Positions 9,658-19,846 of a DNA stretch of 64,000 nt are shown here, in pieces. Made by a program: the position numbers and the translations under genes. The notes under the pieces were generated by a model. That model was not told where the DNA came from, did no database searches, and saw only the letters and a program-made list of their open reading frames with translations. The stretch is taken from the NCBI GenBank assembly GCA_965248195.1, contig CBDFIQ010000001.1, forward strand, positions 352,001 through 416,000. The letters run 5' to 3'. Origin of the DNA: Longimicrobiales bacterium (GTDB lineage: Bacteria; Gemmatimonadota; Gemmatimonadetes; Longimicrobiales; Gaopeijiaceae). The number at the start of each line of letters is the position of its first letter. Positions within the stretch are counted from its first letter, which is position 1.

Positions 9658-10185
9658 CTAAAGATTCAGGCTCGCGAACTCGCCGAAGAGTTCTTTCGCC
9701 GCGACGTCCCGCGCCCTAGCCGCCTCTTCTTCGCTCACGAAATATCCGAGTTCTATCACTTTGCCTTCATGCTCGATCTTGGCTCGCCACCGCCTACGCA
9801 ACTCGGGCCGGCTCTTCTGGAAAGAGACCCCCAAATACCTGGACGACCCTCCCTTGCTGACCTTGTTTCGTTGGTTCTCCACCTGCGAACACACGCGGAG
9901 GTTGCCTCTCCTATTATCCAGGCCATCGTGGTTGATGTGGTCCACATAGACCCTTGGGTGGGTCACTCCGACGATGATCCGGTGCATGGACACCATTTTC
10001 GCGCCGAAGGCTAGTGGGGTCCTGCCAACGGCGTATTGATGCCCGCACTTGATGATCCGACACCAGCGGATCGCAGAAATGAGCGGGAGATCGATTAAGT
10101 CGAAGACGGCTACGTAATCACGTCCGATGTCCATCTGGATGACGTCGGCAACTACCTCGTAGCTATTGCGGGCGATCAGATTCAC
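9658..10185 (-). CDS. HNH endonuclease with AP2 DNA-binding domain
   Basis: VDHINHDGLDNRRGNLR; SRYLGVS...WRAKI...LGYF...EAARARD. Confidence 0.9.
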   Translation of the reverse strand: MNLIARNSYEVVADVIQMDIGRDYVAVFDLIDLPLISAIRWCRIIKCGHQYAVGRTPLAFGAKMVSMHRIIVGVTHPRVYVDHINHDGLDNRRGNLRVCSQVENQRNKVSKGGSSRYLGVSFQKSRPELRRRWRAKIEHEGKVIELGYFVSEEEAARARDVAAKELFGEFASLNL

Positions 10186-11099
10186 TCGTCCTCCTGCCGC
10201 TCATCGAACGCCCAGGGAGGCATCTTCAAGGAGATCATCTCATCTGAGAACCCGGGCCAGTGATCGTCGCCCAGGCACATGGCGTATCTATTCAGGTGTC
10301 TCGTGATCTCTCGGTTGCTCGCCGCCAGGTCGTCCTCGTCGAGCAGATAGACGGCGACGGGGTAGGGAGGCTCATTCTCGGGCACGATGAGGACACTGGA
10401 GTTGCGTTCCCGGCCGAGCGCATCACAGCCCCGACGATAGAACGCAGCCTTGCGGTGATAACCCATCTTGGCGGCGTCCCGTCGGAACCCGTGTGGGCTC
10501 GCATCGCGAGCGGACTTGAGATCTGCGATGAGCAGTGAGCGCTCGACGTCCCGGTCGATCCGCATCTTGCAGAGCACTCCGGTCTCTTCGTCGCGCCAGA
10601 TGCCGGTCAACTCGTAATCGCCCCGACCCTGGAAGAACGTGCGAGCACGGGGATGCGCCTGGATCGCGGCAGTCATACCTTGCAGGTCCGCCATCGCGTC
10701 CTGGGACAGTACATGGACGCCCGGATCCATCGGCTCGCCGTCGAGGGGGTCGTGGCCCCTCACACCGCAGTACGATGATCCGTCACGGTAAACGCTGCCC
10801 TGGTTCTCGCATGGGAACCCGGACCTCTTCTGCGCCTCGCACTGGCCGAGCGTGACGTACTGGCCCTCGAACAACAGCGGCTCAAGGAGCGCCATGTGCA
10901 GCGCCGTGCCGAGCTCCATCGCCGGTGTTGACGGCTTCGGGTTGTCCCGGTAGTACCGGAAGTGGAGCGGGCTCTTGCGCAACTGCTCGATCCCCGACGC
11001 GCTCATCGCGTCGATGGCGAGGTACTCCTCCATCGTGAGCCCCTCGTGCCAACCCACTTCGATCGCGGTGGTCGGCTCTTCCATCGTCGCCGTGCTCAT
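10182..11099 (-). CDS. PD-(D/E)XK exonuclease (RecE/ExoVIII-like, DUF3799)
   Basis: MSASG, AMELGTALH, CKMRID, IADLKS, YHRKAAFY. Confidence 0.88.
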   Translation of the reverse strand: MSTATMEEPTTAIEVGWHEGLTMEEYLAIDAMSASGIEQLRKSPLHFRYYRDNPKPSTPAMELGTALHMALLEPLLFEGQYVTLGQCEAQKRSGFPCENQGSVYRDGSSYCGVRGHDPLDGEPMDPGVHVLSQDAMADLQGMTAAIQAHPRARTFFQGRGDYELTGIWRDEETGVLCKMRIDRDVERSLLIADLKSARDASPHGFRRDAAKMGYHRKAAFYRRGCDALGRERNSSVLIVPENEPPYPVAVYLLDEDDLAASNREITRHLNRYAMCLGDDHWPGFSDEMISLKMPPWAFDERQEDE

Positions 11100-11500
11100 C
11101 GGATCACCGTCACGCGGTCGACGCCAGCGCCTGGGATTTCATACGCGATCAGCCGATGGACGATCATGCCGACCGTATGCAGGTCCGCGACCCCGTCCTC
11201 GACGAGTACTCGAACACGACCGTCGAAGTCGCAGAGGTAGCAGAAGTGGACCGGCGTCCCACCGTGCTTGCCTGGGTCCTCAATTAGAACCGGCTCACAC
11301 CATTTCACGCAGTCGTGGCAGACGCGAAGGCCCTGCTCGTCGGAGAACTCCGCGTTCGTCTGGTCGTCGTAGCGAGCGACGGACTGGTCATTGCCCCGTC
11401 GATCGACGTAGACCACCGGAGTGTATCCCGGGTCGCCGTCGGCTTGCGCCTGCGCGCAGCAGTTGCCTCCGTCTCGTTCGACTAGCTTGACCTCATTCAT
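11096..11500 (-). CDS. Phage hypothetical protein (CxxC motifs)
   Basis: ORF coupled to downstream gene; IS sits between its SD and its ATG. Confidence 0.55.
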   Translation of the reverse strand: MNEVKLVERDGGNCCAQAQADGDPGYTPVVYVDRRGNDQSVARYDDQTNAEFSDEQGLRVCHDCVKWCEPVLIEDPGKHGGTPVHFCYLCDFDGRVRVLVEDGVADLHTVGMIVHRLIAYEIPGAGVDRVTVIR

Positions 11501-11542
11501 TCCGGAACCTGTCAACGACAATGGGACACTCTACGGGATTAA

Positions 11543-12550
11543 TTAGAGAGCAATATCCTGTGTGGTGAGGGAAGGGATGGGAGGATTGATGTAGACGGCC
11601 TCCGGGAGCGGTTTGGGCTTCGGCACACCTGTGACGAAGCGTTCGGGATGAGCGGCCCATGCTTCGCGGAGCACGGATTTCCTGCCGGCAATGACCTGAT
11701 CGGCGTTCCCGAAGTGGACCTGCTCGGGGGTTAGCATCGAGATACCGCCATGGCGGTGCTCGGCATTGTACCAGCGGAAGAACGATCGACACAACGTCTT
11801 GGCCTGGCCCTGATCCCCGAACCGCCCGGGAAACGAGGGATGGTACTTCAAGGTTTTGAACTGAGCCTCGGAAAACGGGTTGTCATCCGACACCTGAGGC
11901 CGGCTCAACGAGCGAGTCACGCCGAGGTCAGCGAGAAGTTGAGCGGTGCATTGGCTCGTCATTGGAGCTCCCCGATCCGAGTGCAGGGTCAGGACCCGGG
12001 GCTGGACGCCATGCTTCAGGCAGCTCTGCTGGATCAACCGGCCGGCCAGGGCCGAGTTCTCCCGGTCCGCCACCATCCAGCCCACGACGTAGCGGCTGTA
12101 GATGTCCATGATGACGTAGAGGTAGTAATAGCTCCACTTCTTCGGCCCGAGTAGCCGCGTGATATCCCAGGACCACACCTGGTTCGGCGCCGTGGCCATC
12201 AACTCGGGCTTCTTGTACTCGGGATGGGTGCGCTGCGCCCGGCGTTCCTGAACCGGCACCTCGGAGGCCAGAACACGATACATCGTGCGTTCGCTGCACA
12301 GGTAGACCTCTTCGTCGAGCAGCGTGGCCACCACCTCGGCGGGTGAGCGGTCCACGAACCGCTCCGAACACAGCGTGTCGAAGACCTCGCCTCGTTCCGT
12401 CTCGCTCAATGCCCGGGCGGGCGTCGGGCGGGGCTGCCGTTGCCCGGTCGATGGGCCTCGACGACGGTAGAACGTCGATCGGGAGACCTCGAGAGCCGCG
12501 CACGCCGGTTTTACACCGACGTGCTTAGCCAGCTCATCGGCCGCCTTCAA
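11543..12550 (-). CDS. IS3-family transposase OrfB (DDE)
   Basis: WSWDIT, HSDRG, DNPFSEAQFKTLK. Confidence 0.95.
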   Translation of the reverse strand: MKAADELAKHVGVKPACAALEVSRSTFYRRRGPSTGQRQPRPTPARALSETERGEVFDTLCSERFVDRSPAEVVATLLDEEVYLCSERTMYRVLASEVPVQERRAQRTHPEYKKPELMATAPNQVWSWDITRLLGPKKWSYYYLYVIMDIYSRYVVGWMVADRENSALAGRLIQQSCLKHGVQPRVLTLHSDRGAPMTSQCTAQLLADLGVTRSLSRPQVSDDNPFSEAQFKTLKYHPSFPGRFGDQGQAKTLCRSFFRWYNAEHRHGGISMLTPEQVHFGNADQVIAGRKSVLREAWAAHPERFVTGVPKPKPLPEAVYINPPIPSLTTQDIAL

Positions 12551-12996
12551 GAGTTCGTCCCGTCGTCGAGGCTTATCCCCAGCAGCCCCGCAACTTTTCC
12601 CTGCACGTCGATGATCAGGTGTGCCTTCCTGAGCTCATTCTCGAGCCGTGCGTTTTGCCGCTCCAGCTTGCGTACCTTCTCATCCAGCGGATTCCGCTCC
12701 GGCTTGCGGCCGCGTTTCTTCGACAGGGCCTTCAGCGACCCGCTATGCGCCGCCTTGCGCCACGTCGTCAGGTGCGACGAGTACAGGCCCTCGCGCCGCA
12801 GGAGCTGACCCACCTCGCCGGGCTCGGTGCACCGGTCCGCTTCTTCGACGATCCGCAGCTTGTACGATGGACTGAACCGCCGGCGTAGCGGCCTATCTAC
12901 TACCTCCGGGTCCGCAGGAGCTGCCGCGCTTCGCTTGGCCTCCCCGATTCCAGGGGCACTACCATTCTCTTCCATTCTCTCTCGCAGTCCCAACAT
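12547..12996 (-). CDS. IS3-family transposase OrfA
   Basis: RRFSPSYKLRIV, LRREGLYSSHL, coiled coil. Confidence 0.9.
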   Translation of the reverse strand: MLGLRERMEENGSAPGIGEAKRSAAAPADPEVVDRPLRRRFSPSYKLRIVEEADRCTEPGEVGQLLRREGLYSSHLTTWRKAAHSGSLKALSKKRGRKPERNPLDEKVRKLERQNARLENELRKAHLIIDVQGKVAGLLGISLDDGTNS

Positions 12997-14105
12997 GTTC
13001 GTTTTCTCTGCCTTCGCCCTACTCTAATTCTTTGCGTGCTCCGTGTCTCACGTACGTTGGCAGAGAGGGCTCCGGCCTCCAGCTCGGCCGCGGCGCACCA
13101 TCAAGTCACCGCCTCAAGCACACGAACCACCGTCTCGAGCCTCTCGCCTCCGGTGGCCGCTCGAACAAATTCGAGTGCGAGGGAGAACGCTTCTTCGTTT
13201 CGGCTCGACTCAAGGAACTCACATCCCGACTGGGTAAGCCGAAAGGCAGGATCGCCGACGGCGTTATCCTGCGTGAGCAGTCCGGCATCGAAGGGCGAGG
13301 TTGAGGTGAAGGGGCCCCTTCCCGAGCCCGCGTACCCCGGCCCGCCACCCACCCTCCTCAACCTTCATCAGGAGTTCACGCAGGTATGGCAGATCGCGCT
13401 TCACGTTGTCGTGCTCATCGATCCCACCCTCGCCCTGCGCTCTCGATACGCCTAGCTTCGGCGCGCAACGATTCCACGCTCCGCCTGGTGATGACGTCAC
13501 CGGCCCAGAATTGCACGGCGATTATCAGCCAGCAGCACACGAGTCCGAAAAAGAACGCTGTTCGGCCCGGGCGGTCTGCTGACGCTCTTCTCGAGCGGTT
13601 GGACCGCATACACGAGCTCGCGCTCCCTGTCTACCACACGATCGGCGAGGCGGTCCGGCAGTACGTGCTGGCTCATGGCGTTGACCCGCTGGAAATCGAC
13701 AGGGAGTTCTTGCGCGATCTCTTTGGCGACGAGAGATAGGCGGAAATCAGCGCACGGACCCACGCGGCCTCAATCTCAGCCACCGTCAGAAAGTCGCCCC
13801 GCTCTCGGGCCCTCAGCAGCGTCACAAGTAGTTCCGGATAGTGCTCGGCTAGCCAGGAGTCGAGGCGCAGGTCGGCGGACATCGAGCCGGCTCCGTCTCT
13901 CCCGTGTGCGCGTACCGGATGGTCGCAGTTCGATCTTCGGTCGCTCGGGCCGGGCCCCCTCACGGCGCCGCCTCCGTCTCCGCCAGCACGCGCTCGCTCA
14001 TGGACGAGAAGGCTCCCCCGCTGATACGATCAGCGTCGCCAAACAACCGATCAGCCATCAACGGAGGAGCCTCCTGTGAGCGTTCTGAGCACCGGCGAGA
14101 AACCG

Positions 14106-14582
14106 ATGGACCGCGAATACCAACGTGAAGTCTTGGCCAGGCTGCGAGAGGCCTATCCCAACCGGGTCAGTGCCTCCCAGCTGCCTCCACGAGATGAGAC
14201 GAGCCTTGGGGCTACGCTCTACTATCTCGACGAACATCAGCTCATCGATCTCAGGCGAGCGCCTACTATGGAGAATCCGATCGCAATCCTCGATGCGAGA
14301 ATCACTGCCAAGGGTCTGGACTTCCTCGCCGACGACGGTGGCCTGAGCGCCATTCTGGGAGTCGTGACGATCAAGCTCGACTCGGACGACCTCCGAGCCC
14401 TGATGGTCTCGCGGGTCGAAGCGTCTGACCTGCCGCCCAAGGAGAAACAGCGCCGCATTCACGCTATTCGTTCCTTTTCCGCGTCGGTACTGCGGGACGC
14501 GACGGTCCGCTGGGCAACTGAAGCACTGGTCCGTCTGCCGGACGCAGTTCAGCTATTTCAAACAGGTGCCGGGCCGTCGTGA
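14106..14582 (+). CDS. Moron-like winged-helix protein, opposite strand to the early operon
   Basis: LYYLDEHQLI...ITAKGLDFLADDGGLSAILG, recognisable prophage family. Confidence 0.7.
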   Translation: MDREYQREVLARLREAYPNRVSASQLPPRDETSLGATLYYLDEHQLIDLRRAPTMENPIAILDARITAKGLDFLADDGGLSAILGVVTIKLDSDDLRALMVSRVEASDLPPKEKQRRIHAIRSFSASVLRDATVRWATEALVRLPDAVQLFQTGAGPS

Positions 14583-14760
14583 GCGCGACATCCTGCAGGG
14601 GTCGCATCCGCAAGTAGCCGATCGGGCGGTGTGTGGCCTCGATGCTCGCGAGCGTCAGCCAGTGCTCGCCCTCTCGGTTCACGTTCTCCACGATCACCGT
14701 CGCCGTGCCAAACTCCGCGTCCTTGACGATCTGAATCCGGCCATGCTCGCCCGCACTCAT
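14464..14760 (-). CDS. Phage hypothetical protein
   Basis: ATG coupled to the reconstructed upstream stop; 3' end overlaps the convergent gene. Confidence 0.45.
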   Translation of the reverse strand: MSAGEHGRIQIVKDAEFGTATVIVENVNREGEHWLTLASIEATHRPIGYLRMRPLQDVALTTARHLFEIAELRPADGPVLQLPSGPSRPAVPTRKRNE

Positions 14761-14777
14761 CCCTCACCCCCCGCCAG

Positions 14778-16153
14778 GGTAGTGTCCCTAGATTTGTGTA
14801 AAAGCGGATAAGCTGGACAGGAGGGAAAGAAAAACGGAAGCTCCTCTGTTGTTGTTCACTGTCACATGAACCCGGGAGTCCGGGTCTGCAGAGCAGGCTC
14901 GGAACCGGAGAGGAGCTTCCGATGCAAGAGATTGTGGAGATCGGTCGGGCCACGCAAGACGAGCTACGCGATGATTTGCGCGAGCTGTTTCAAGGCGCGA
15001 TCCGGCTGACGCTCGAGATGGTGCTGGAAGAGGAGCTGAAGGCCATGGTAGGTGCACGCCGCTTCGAGCGGGTGGGAAGCCGGAAGGACCATAGGAACGG
15101 CACATACCTGAGGCGGCTGCTGACGAGCCTGGGGCAGATCGAGGTCGCCATGCCCCGGAGCCGGGACAACGGTTCGCCGGCCGACGTGATCGGCCGCTAC
15201 CAGCGCAGGAGCCCCGAGCTCGACGAGATGATGGTCGAGGCGTATGTGAGCGGCGTGTCACAGCGCAAGATGGGCGACGTCACCGAGGCGCTGATGGGCG
15301 AGCGTGTTGGGCGCTCGACGGTGAGTCGTGTGGCAAAACGGCTCGACGAGGCCGTGGAAGGGCTGCGCCGTGCGCCGATCGAGGGGCCTCACCCCTATCT
15401 GTACCTGGACGCCACGTTCTTGGACGCCCGCTGGGCCCGCAAAGTCGAGAACGTGAGTGCGCTCGTGGCGTATGCAGTGGGCCCTGAGGGTCACCGACGG
15501 CTCCTGGCCGTCACGCTGGGCGCTGAGGAGTCGCAGCAGAGCTGGTCGGAGCTCCTCGAGCAACTCCAGGACCGCGGCCTCGGCGGTGTCGAGCTCGTGA
15601 TCGCCGATGAGCACGCAGGCCTGGCAGCTGCGGTCCGCCGCTTCCTGCCCGAGGCACGCCGTCAGAGGTGTACGGTCCATCTGCAGCGTAATGTGGGGGC
15701 GAGGGTCCCCCACCGCCTACGCAAGCGCGTGGCGCGTGAGGTCTCGGTGATCTTCCAGACATCCGGACTCGCCGAGGCGAAGAAGCTCCTGGGCGAGTTC
15801 GGCGCACGCTGGAAGAAGGAGCTGCCCGAGGCCGTGGAGGTCCTGGAGCGGGGCTTCGGGGCAGCGACGCAGTTCTACGCGTTCCCCGAGGCGCACTGGC
15901 CCCGGCTGCGTACCACCAACAGCCTCGAGCGGCTGCACGGCGAGATCAAACGCAGGATCAAGGCCGCCGGCGCCTTCCCGGACCGGGCCAGCGCCCTCAG
16001 GCTCATCACGGCCGTCGCACTCAGGACCACACACGTCTGGGGCGACCGGCGTTACCTCGACCTCTCACTCCTCCAGAAACAGGAGGTCGCCCAAGCAGCC
16101 TAGCCGAAGGCGAGGAGCTTCCTCCGCTTTTACACACAAATCGGGACTTGACC
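14778..16153 (+). mobile_element. IS256-family element
   Basis: IRs GGTAGTGTCCC..GATTTGTGT / GGTCAAGTCCCGATTTGTGT; 8-bp TSD CCCGCCAG at 14770-14777 and 16154-16161. Confidence 0.95.
14922..16103 (+). CDS. IS256-family transposase
   Basis: RNG, YLDAT, IADEH, QRCTVH, RTTNSLERL. Confidence 0.95.
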   Translation: MQEIVEIGRATQDELRDDLRELFQGAIRLTLEMVLEEELKAMVGARRFERVGSRKDHRNGTYLRRLLTSLGQIEVAMPRSRDNGSPADVIGRYQRRSPELDEMMVEAYVSGVSQRKMGDVTEALMGERVGRSTVSRVAKRLDEAVEGLRRAPIEGPHPYLYLDATFLDARWARKVENVSALVAYAVGPEGHRRLLAVTLGAEESQQSWSELLEQLQDRGLGGVELVIADEHAGLAAAVRRFLPEARRQRCTVHLQRNVGARVPHRLRKRVAREVSVIFQTSGLAEAKKLLGEFGARWKKELPEAVEVLERGFGAATQFYAFPEAHWPRLRTTNSLERLHGEIKRRIKAAGAFPDRASALRLITAVALRTTHVWGDRRYLDLSLLQKQEVAQAA

Positions 16154-16344
16154 CCCGCCAGCACCACGCGGGCGAGTTCGGCGAGCCTCCAATGCTCCCA
16201 GTCGCCGCCCCATCGCTCGGCACGCTCCGTGTCACCGCCCCAGGAGTCGTACTCCGGTTCCGTCTCAGGCGCGTCCCGGACGATCTCGCGCAGACACGCC
16301 AACATCTCCGGCGCGGCGGCGATCAGCCGGGCGTTCGCCGTCAC
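16154..16344 (-). pseudogene. Phage protein (ANARLIAAAPE family) interrupted near its C-terminus by IS256
   Basis: Removing the IS and one TSD gives ...VVLAGGEG* ending at 14757. Confidence 0.7.
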
Positions 16345-16393
16345 GATGCCACCTCCTCGACTCCCTCAGCGACCCGGCGCTCGGGTAGCTCTC

Positions 16394-16687
16394 TCATCGT
16401 GAGTTCACCTGGACGACGGTGCCCCGAGCCAACGTGGTCGGCTTGTGCGGAGCGGTGAACGCCCGCCCCCTGATAACCCGCTTGGCGCCGCCGCTGTAGC
16501 GAACCGTGACCGAACCCATGCCCCTTGCGAGTACCTTGAGCTTGGTGCCCCGGTGGTCGTAGCAGACGCGACCCCGACGCAGGTTGCCGAGGTAGGCGTG
16601 GCCGGGGGCAAACGCCGGTGTGTCGTTGCCGTCGTAGTCGACGAAGGGCTCCACCGTCTTAGGCCCCCTCCTGTGAGGCCAGCGCAT
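16394..16687 (-). CDS. Phage hypothetical protein
   Basis: ORF in the early operon downstream of cro. Confidence 0.45.
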   Translation of the reverse strand: MRWPHRRGPKTVEPFVDYDGNDTPAFAPGHAYLGNLRRGRVCYDHRGTKLKVLARGMGSVTVRYSGGAKRVIRGRAFTAPHKPTTLARGTVVQVNSR

Positions 16688-16717
16688 CCCGCAACGAATG
16701 CGCGTCCTGGGTGCGCA

Positions 16718-16966
16718 TCACCCCACCACCTCATCACCCGCCAGCACACGCTCGCGGGCCTCGTTGGCCGCCTTCTCCGCCGCTTCGAGCCTGTCCAGCG
16801 TCGCGTTGAGCCGAGCCTCGAAATCCTCGGGGGGCTTACGGAGCCCCCGCAGGTAGCGACTGAAAAGGGAGCGGTCGATCCCCATCTCCAGGGCTACGCG
16901 CTCCTGGGGAATGCCGAGAAGGGCTAGGCGGCTTCTGATCTCTAACGAACTGGCTTCGTTTATCAT
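16718..16966 (-). CDS. cro: Cro-like HTH regulator
   Basis: IPQERVALEMGIDRSLFSRYLRG; divergent from cI. Confidence 0.85.
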   Translation of the reverse strand: MINEASSLEIRSRLALLGIPQERVALEMGIDRSLFSRYLRGLRKPPEDFEARLNATLDRLEAAEKAANEARERVLAGDEVVG

Positions 16967-17001
16967 GCTGGGACGATATACGAACTGAATTCATATGTCA
17001 A
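16944..17001 (-). promoter_or_regulatory. cro promoter and two operators
   Basis: TTGACA(17001-16996)-17 nt-TATCGT(16978-16973); palindromes AACGAA-N5-TTCGTT (16944-16960) and TACGAA-N5-TTCATA (16979-16995). Confidence 0.75.
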
Positions 17002-17028
17002 CCCGCATGGTGCCCGCTATGTTATATA

Positions 17029-17868
17029 ATGCATACGATCCTCGGTGTGCGGCTCGCGGAGTCCCGGAAACGGTCTGGCCTTACCCAGAATCGCCTTGCT
17101 GCTGAGATGGGGGAGCGATACGACCAGACAATGATCTCGGCCGTTGAGCGCGGTCAGTCAGCCATGCTCTTTGACGGCCTGTTAAAGGCCGCCCGTGTCC
17201 TCGACACCTCGCTCGACTACCTGGCTGGCCTCACCGACAACCCGATCCCAGTGGACGACCGGGCCCGCGAAGCCGAGGAGCGAGCCCGCGAAGCCGAGGC
17301 CCGGGTACGCCGAGAGGAAGCGCGGAACCGCCAGCAGCTTGAAGCCGCGCTGCGCACCGAGACGGAGCTGGAGCGCCTGCGGGCGCAGGCCGCCGCTACG
17401 GCCAAGCTCCCCGACCCCGACGTGTCCCCGATCCAGTCAGCGCCGGGCTGGCATGACGAAGACTACGAGTCCGTCAGACGCTACGAGTCCGAGGATGTAC
17501 GGCTCGCGGCGGGAACCGGAACGTTCACGGACCAAGAGCCCGCCGCAGGTGAGGTCAAATTCCGCACAAGCTGGCTGCGCAAGCGAAGGCTGAGGGCCAA
17601 GGACCTCTTCCTGGTCGATGTATTGGGCGATAGTATGGAGCGCACGATCTTCGACGGAGACGCGGCGCTAGTTGATGAGACCCACAGATCGCCACGCAGC
17701 GGTAAAATCTACGCACTTCAGGCGGGAGAGGGTCCACTGGTCAAGCGTGTTCGCAAGCGCGACCACCGCTGGTGGGCCGACAGCGACAACGAAGAGTACG
17801 AGCCGCAGCCGCTCGACGATCGAGCCCGAATCATGGGCCGCGTCGTCTGGTGGGCGCACACGGATTGA
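17029..17868 (+). CDS. cI: CI-like repressor, HTH_XRE plus S24 peptidase
   Basis: GLTQNRLA..ISAVERG; VLGDSMERTI (Ser), LVKRV (Lys), AG cleavage site. Confidence 0.92.
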   Translation: MHTILGVRLAESRKRSGLTQNRLAAEMGERYDQTMISAVERGQSAMLFDGLLKAARVLDTSLDYLAGLTDNPIPVDDRAREAEERAREAEARVRREEARNRQQLEAALRTETELERLRAQAAATAKLPDPDVSPIQSAPGWHDEDYESVRRYESEDVRLAAGTGTFTDQEPAAGEVKFRTSWLRKRRLRAKDLFLVDVLGDSMERTIFDGDAALVDETHRSPRSGKIYALQAGEGPLVKRVRKRDHRWWADSDNEEYEPQPLDDRARIMGRVVWWAHTD

Positions 17869-17966
17869 GGGGGTCAAGCGCCAGCATCAGCTTGAGCAAG
17901 CAGCAGACGGGATCGCCGCGTCATCGTAGGCGCGGACACTTTTGTTTCACCAGCCGCTATCCCCCC
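17835..17966 (+). repeat. ~132-bp direct repeat, copy 1 (cI 3' end plus downstream hairpins)
   Basis: Near-identical to 22062-22192; 16-bp partial copy at 18440-18455. Confidence 0.95.
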
Positions 17967-17991
17967 ATGGCGGTGAAGGGAGGGAGGGGAC

Positions 17992-18345
17992 GTGGTTCGC
18001 AAACTCTCTGCTCTGTCTCTTGCTCTTGGCGTAGTTGCCTGTGGCAGCGGAAATGGTGGCGCCGGACCCGATTTGGGCTTAGGCCTTGATCCGCTCGACG
18101 CCATCGCGACAGTATCGGTCTCGCCAAGTTCGGCAACGGTGGAAGTCGGAGCCACTACCCAACTGTCCGCCACCGTGACGAACGGCCACGGCAACATCGT
18201 GAATACGTCCCCGACATGGTCTACTGCCTCGCGGGATTGGGTGCAAACGAGTTACGGCACCAAAATACTGAAGGCTCAGGAGTACCGGGACAGGTATGGA
18301 ACACCAGCGATCGTATCCGAACGACATTGGGTTGCGCACCTATGA
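17992..18345 (+). CDS. Lipoprotein with partial Ig-like (Big_2) domain
   Basis: Lipobox GVVAC; TVSVSPSSATVEVGATTQLSATV. Confidence 0.7.
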   Translation: MVRKLSALSLALGVVACGSGNGGAGPDLGLGLDPLDAIATVSVSPSSATVEVGATTQLSATVTNGHGNIVNTSPTWSTASRDWVQTSYGTKILKAQEYRDRYGTPAIVSERHWVAHL

Positions 18346-18416
18346 AAAGGATCACCTTCCTGGCATTCGCACTCGCCGCTTGCTCATCTTCAACAGAGCC
18401 AGCATCGATCGGATAG
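18342..18416 (+). pseudogene. Truncated lipoprotein (24 aa)
   Basis: MKRITFLAFALAAC signal/lipobox followed by an early stop. Confidence 0.5.
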
Positions 18417-18488
18417 CGCACCTTCAGATGGTCCAAGCCGTGGGCGCACACGGATCTGGGGTGAGGCCAGAGGGGGGAGCCAGGGCGA

Positions 18489-18782
18489 ATGGGCAAAAAA
18501 TCCGGTACGTCATACCACGAGTTCCCGAGCGGCCAGGAGACCATACATCTGGTGCAGCCGTATCGGATGGTCAAGAAGCGCGGACTAACGCCGGTCGACG
18601 CACTGCGAGTGGCCAGCCCGACCGCAGCCCGGGAGCGGGCGAAGCGGCTGTTCGAGTCTGGCCGGTACTCGGGGGTGGACGCGGTGACGGTGACGGGAGA
18701 CCCGGATCTGGGTGAGTATGCTGATCCGGTGTTTCACGTCCGGCTGGGGCAGGTGCCGGATTCCGAGGGCGAAGAGTCCTGA
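18489..18782 (+). CDS. Hypothetical protein
   Basis: SD-like GGGGGAG; protein-like composition, GDPDLGEYADP...GQVP. Confidence 0.65.
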   Translation: MGKKSGTSYHEFPSGQETIHLVQPYRMVKKRGLTPVDALRVASPTAARERAKRLFESGRYSGVDAVTVTGDPDLGEYADPVFHVRLGQVPDSEGEES

Positions 18783-18910
18783 GCGTTGAGGCGACGAGGC
18801 GAGGTCATGTGGACGGGCAAGATGTTGCGGGAATCAAGGTGAGGCGGAACAGCCAGGCTATTACCAAACTCAAGGCTCATGCAGAGCATCTGCTCTGAAT
18901 CGCCCCGGGT

Positions 18911-19846
18911 TCATCGGAGACTGTTTGACTTGAGTGTCAGAGGCTCACCTGGAGCGTCCTGACGCGAATAATACAACTCTTCGTACTCGGCCGGCGGGAT
19001 ATGGCCGTGGGGCTCGAAGAGGCGATGGTGATTGAACCACCAGACCCATTCGAGGGTGGCGAGCTCGATGTCTTCGAGGGTGCGCCACGGACCGCGTGGA
19101 CGAATGAGCTCGGTCTTGTAGAGTCCGATGATCGTCTCGGCCAGGGCGTTGTCATACGAATCCCCCCGGCTGCCTACGGACGGCTCGATGCCTGCCAACG
19201 CCAGGCGCTCGGTGTAGCGGATAGACAGGTACTGCCCCCCGCGGTCGCTGTGATGCACCAGGCGCTTGTCTGCGTCGTCCTCGCGTTCACAGATCGCCTG
19301 CTCGAGAGCGTCGAGCGCTAAGTCACTGCGTAATGAGTTCGAGACCCGCCATCCGACGATGCGACGGCTGAACGCATCGATCACGAACGCCACGAAGACA
19401 AACGCATGGCCCGTCCGCACGTACGTGAGGTCCGAGACCCACAGCTCGTTGGGACGTGCCGCGCTGAAGTCTCGGTTCACGAGGTCCAGCGGGCGCTCGT
19501 CGCCCTCCGCCGTGTGCGTTGTCACCTTGAAGCGCCGCCCTCGCGTAACCCCACAAAGCTCCAGTTCCTTCATGAGCCGAGCCACCGTGCATCGAGCCAC
19601 GGTGATGCCTTCCCGGTTCAGCTGCTTCCACACCTTCTTCGCCCCGTAGACCTGGAAGTTCTGCATCCACACTCGACGGATCTCCGGCTTCAGCATCTCG
19701 TCGCGCTGAGCCCGGACCGATCGTAGCGTCGGATCTGCCTGCATCGCCTTGTGCGTGTAGTAGGTCGACGGAGCGATCGGCAGTACCTCGCAGATCGGCT
19801 CGACTCCGTACGTGGGCCGGTAATCGTCGATGAAGGCCACCATCAC
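18911..19846 (-). CDS. IS3 transposase OrfB
   Basis: [24 protein letters not shown]. Confidence 0.95.
   Translation of the reverse strand: MMVAFIDDYRPTYGVEPICEVLPIAPSTYYTHKAMQADPTLRSVRAQRDEMLKPEIRRVWMQNFQVYGAKKVWKQLNREGITVARCTVARLMKELELCGVTRGRRFKVTTHTAEGDERPLDLVNRDFSAARPNELWVSDLTYVRTGHAFVFVAFVIDAFSRRIVGWRVSNSLRSDLALDALEQAICEREDDADKRLVHHSDRGGQYLSIRYTERLALAGIEPSVGSRGDSYDNALAETIIGLYKTELIRPRGPWRTLEDIELATLEWVWWFNHHRLFEPHGHIPPAEYEELYYSRQDAPGEPLTLKSNSLR

Larger units (their letters stand above)
11503..13069 (-). mobile_element. IS3-family element, copy 1 (1567 bp)
   Basis: Same ends, length and ORF translations as 24344-25910 and 26692-28258; imperfect IR TGTCAACG/TGCCAACG; flanks ttc/ctc do not form a perfect TSD. 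Confidence 0.95.

Noticed and set aside
13070..14060. Several overlapping small ORFs on both strands
   Set aside because: Probably small phage early genes, but the true frames could not be resolved by eye
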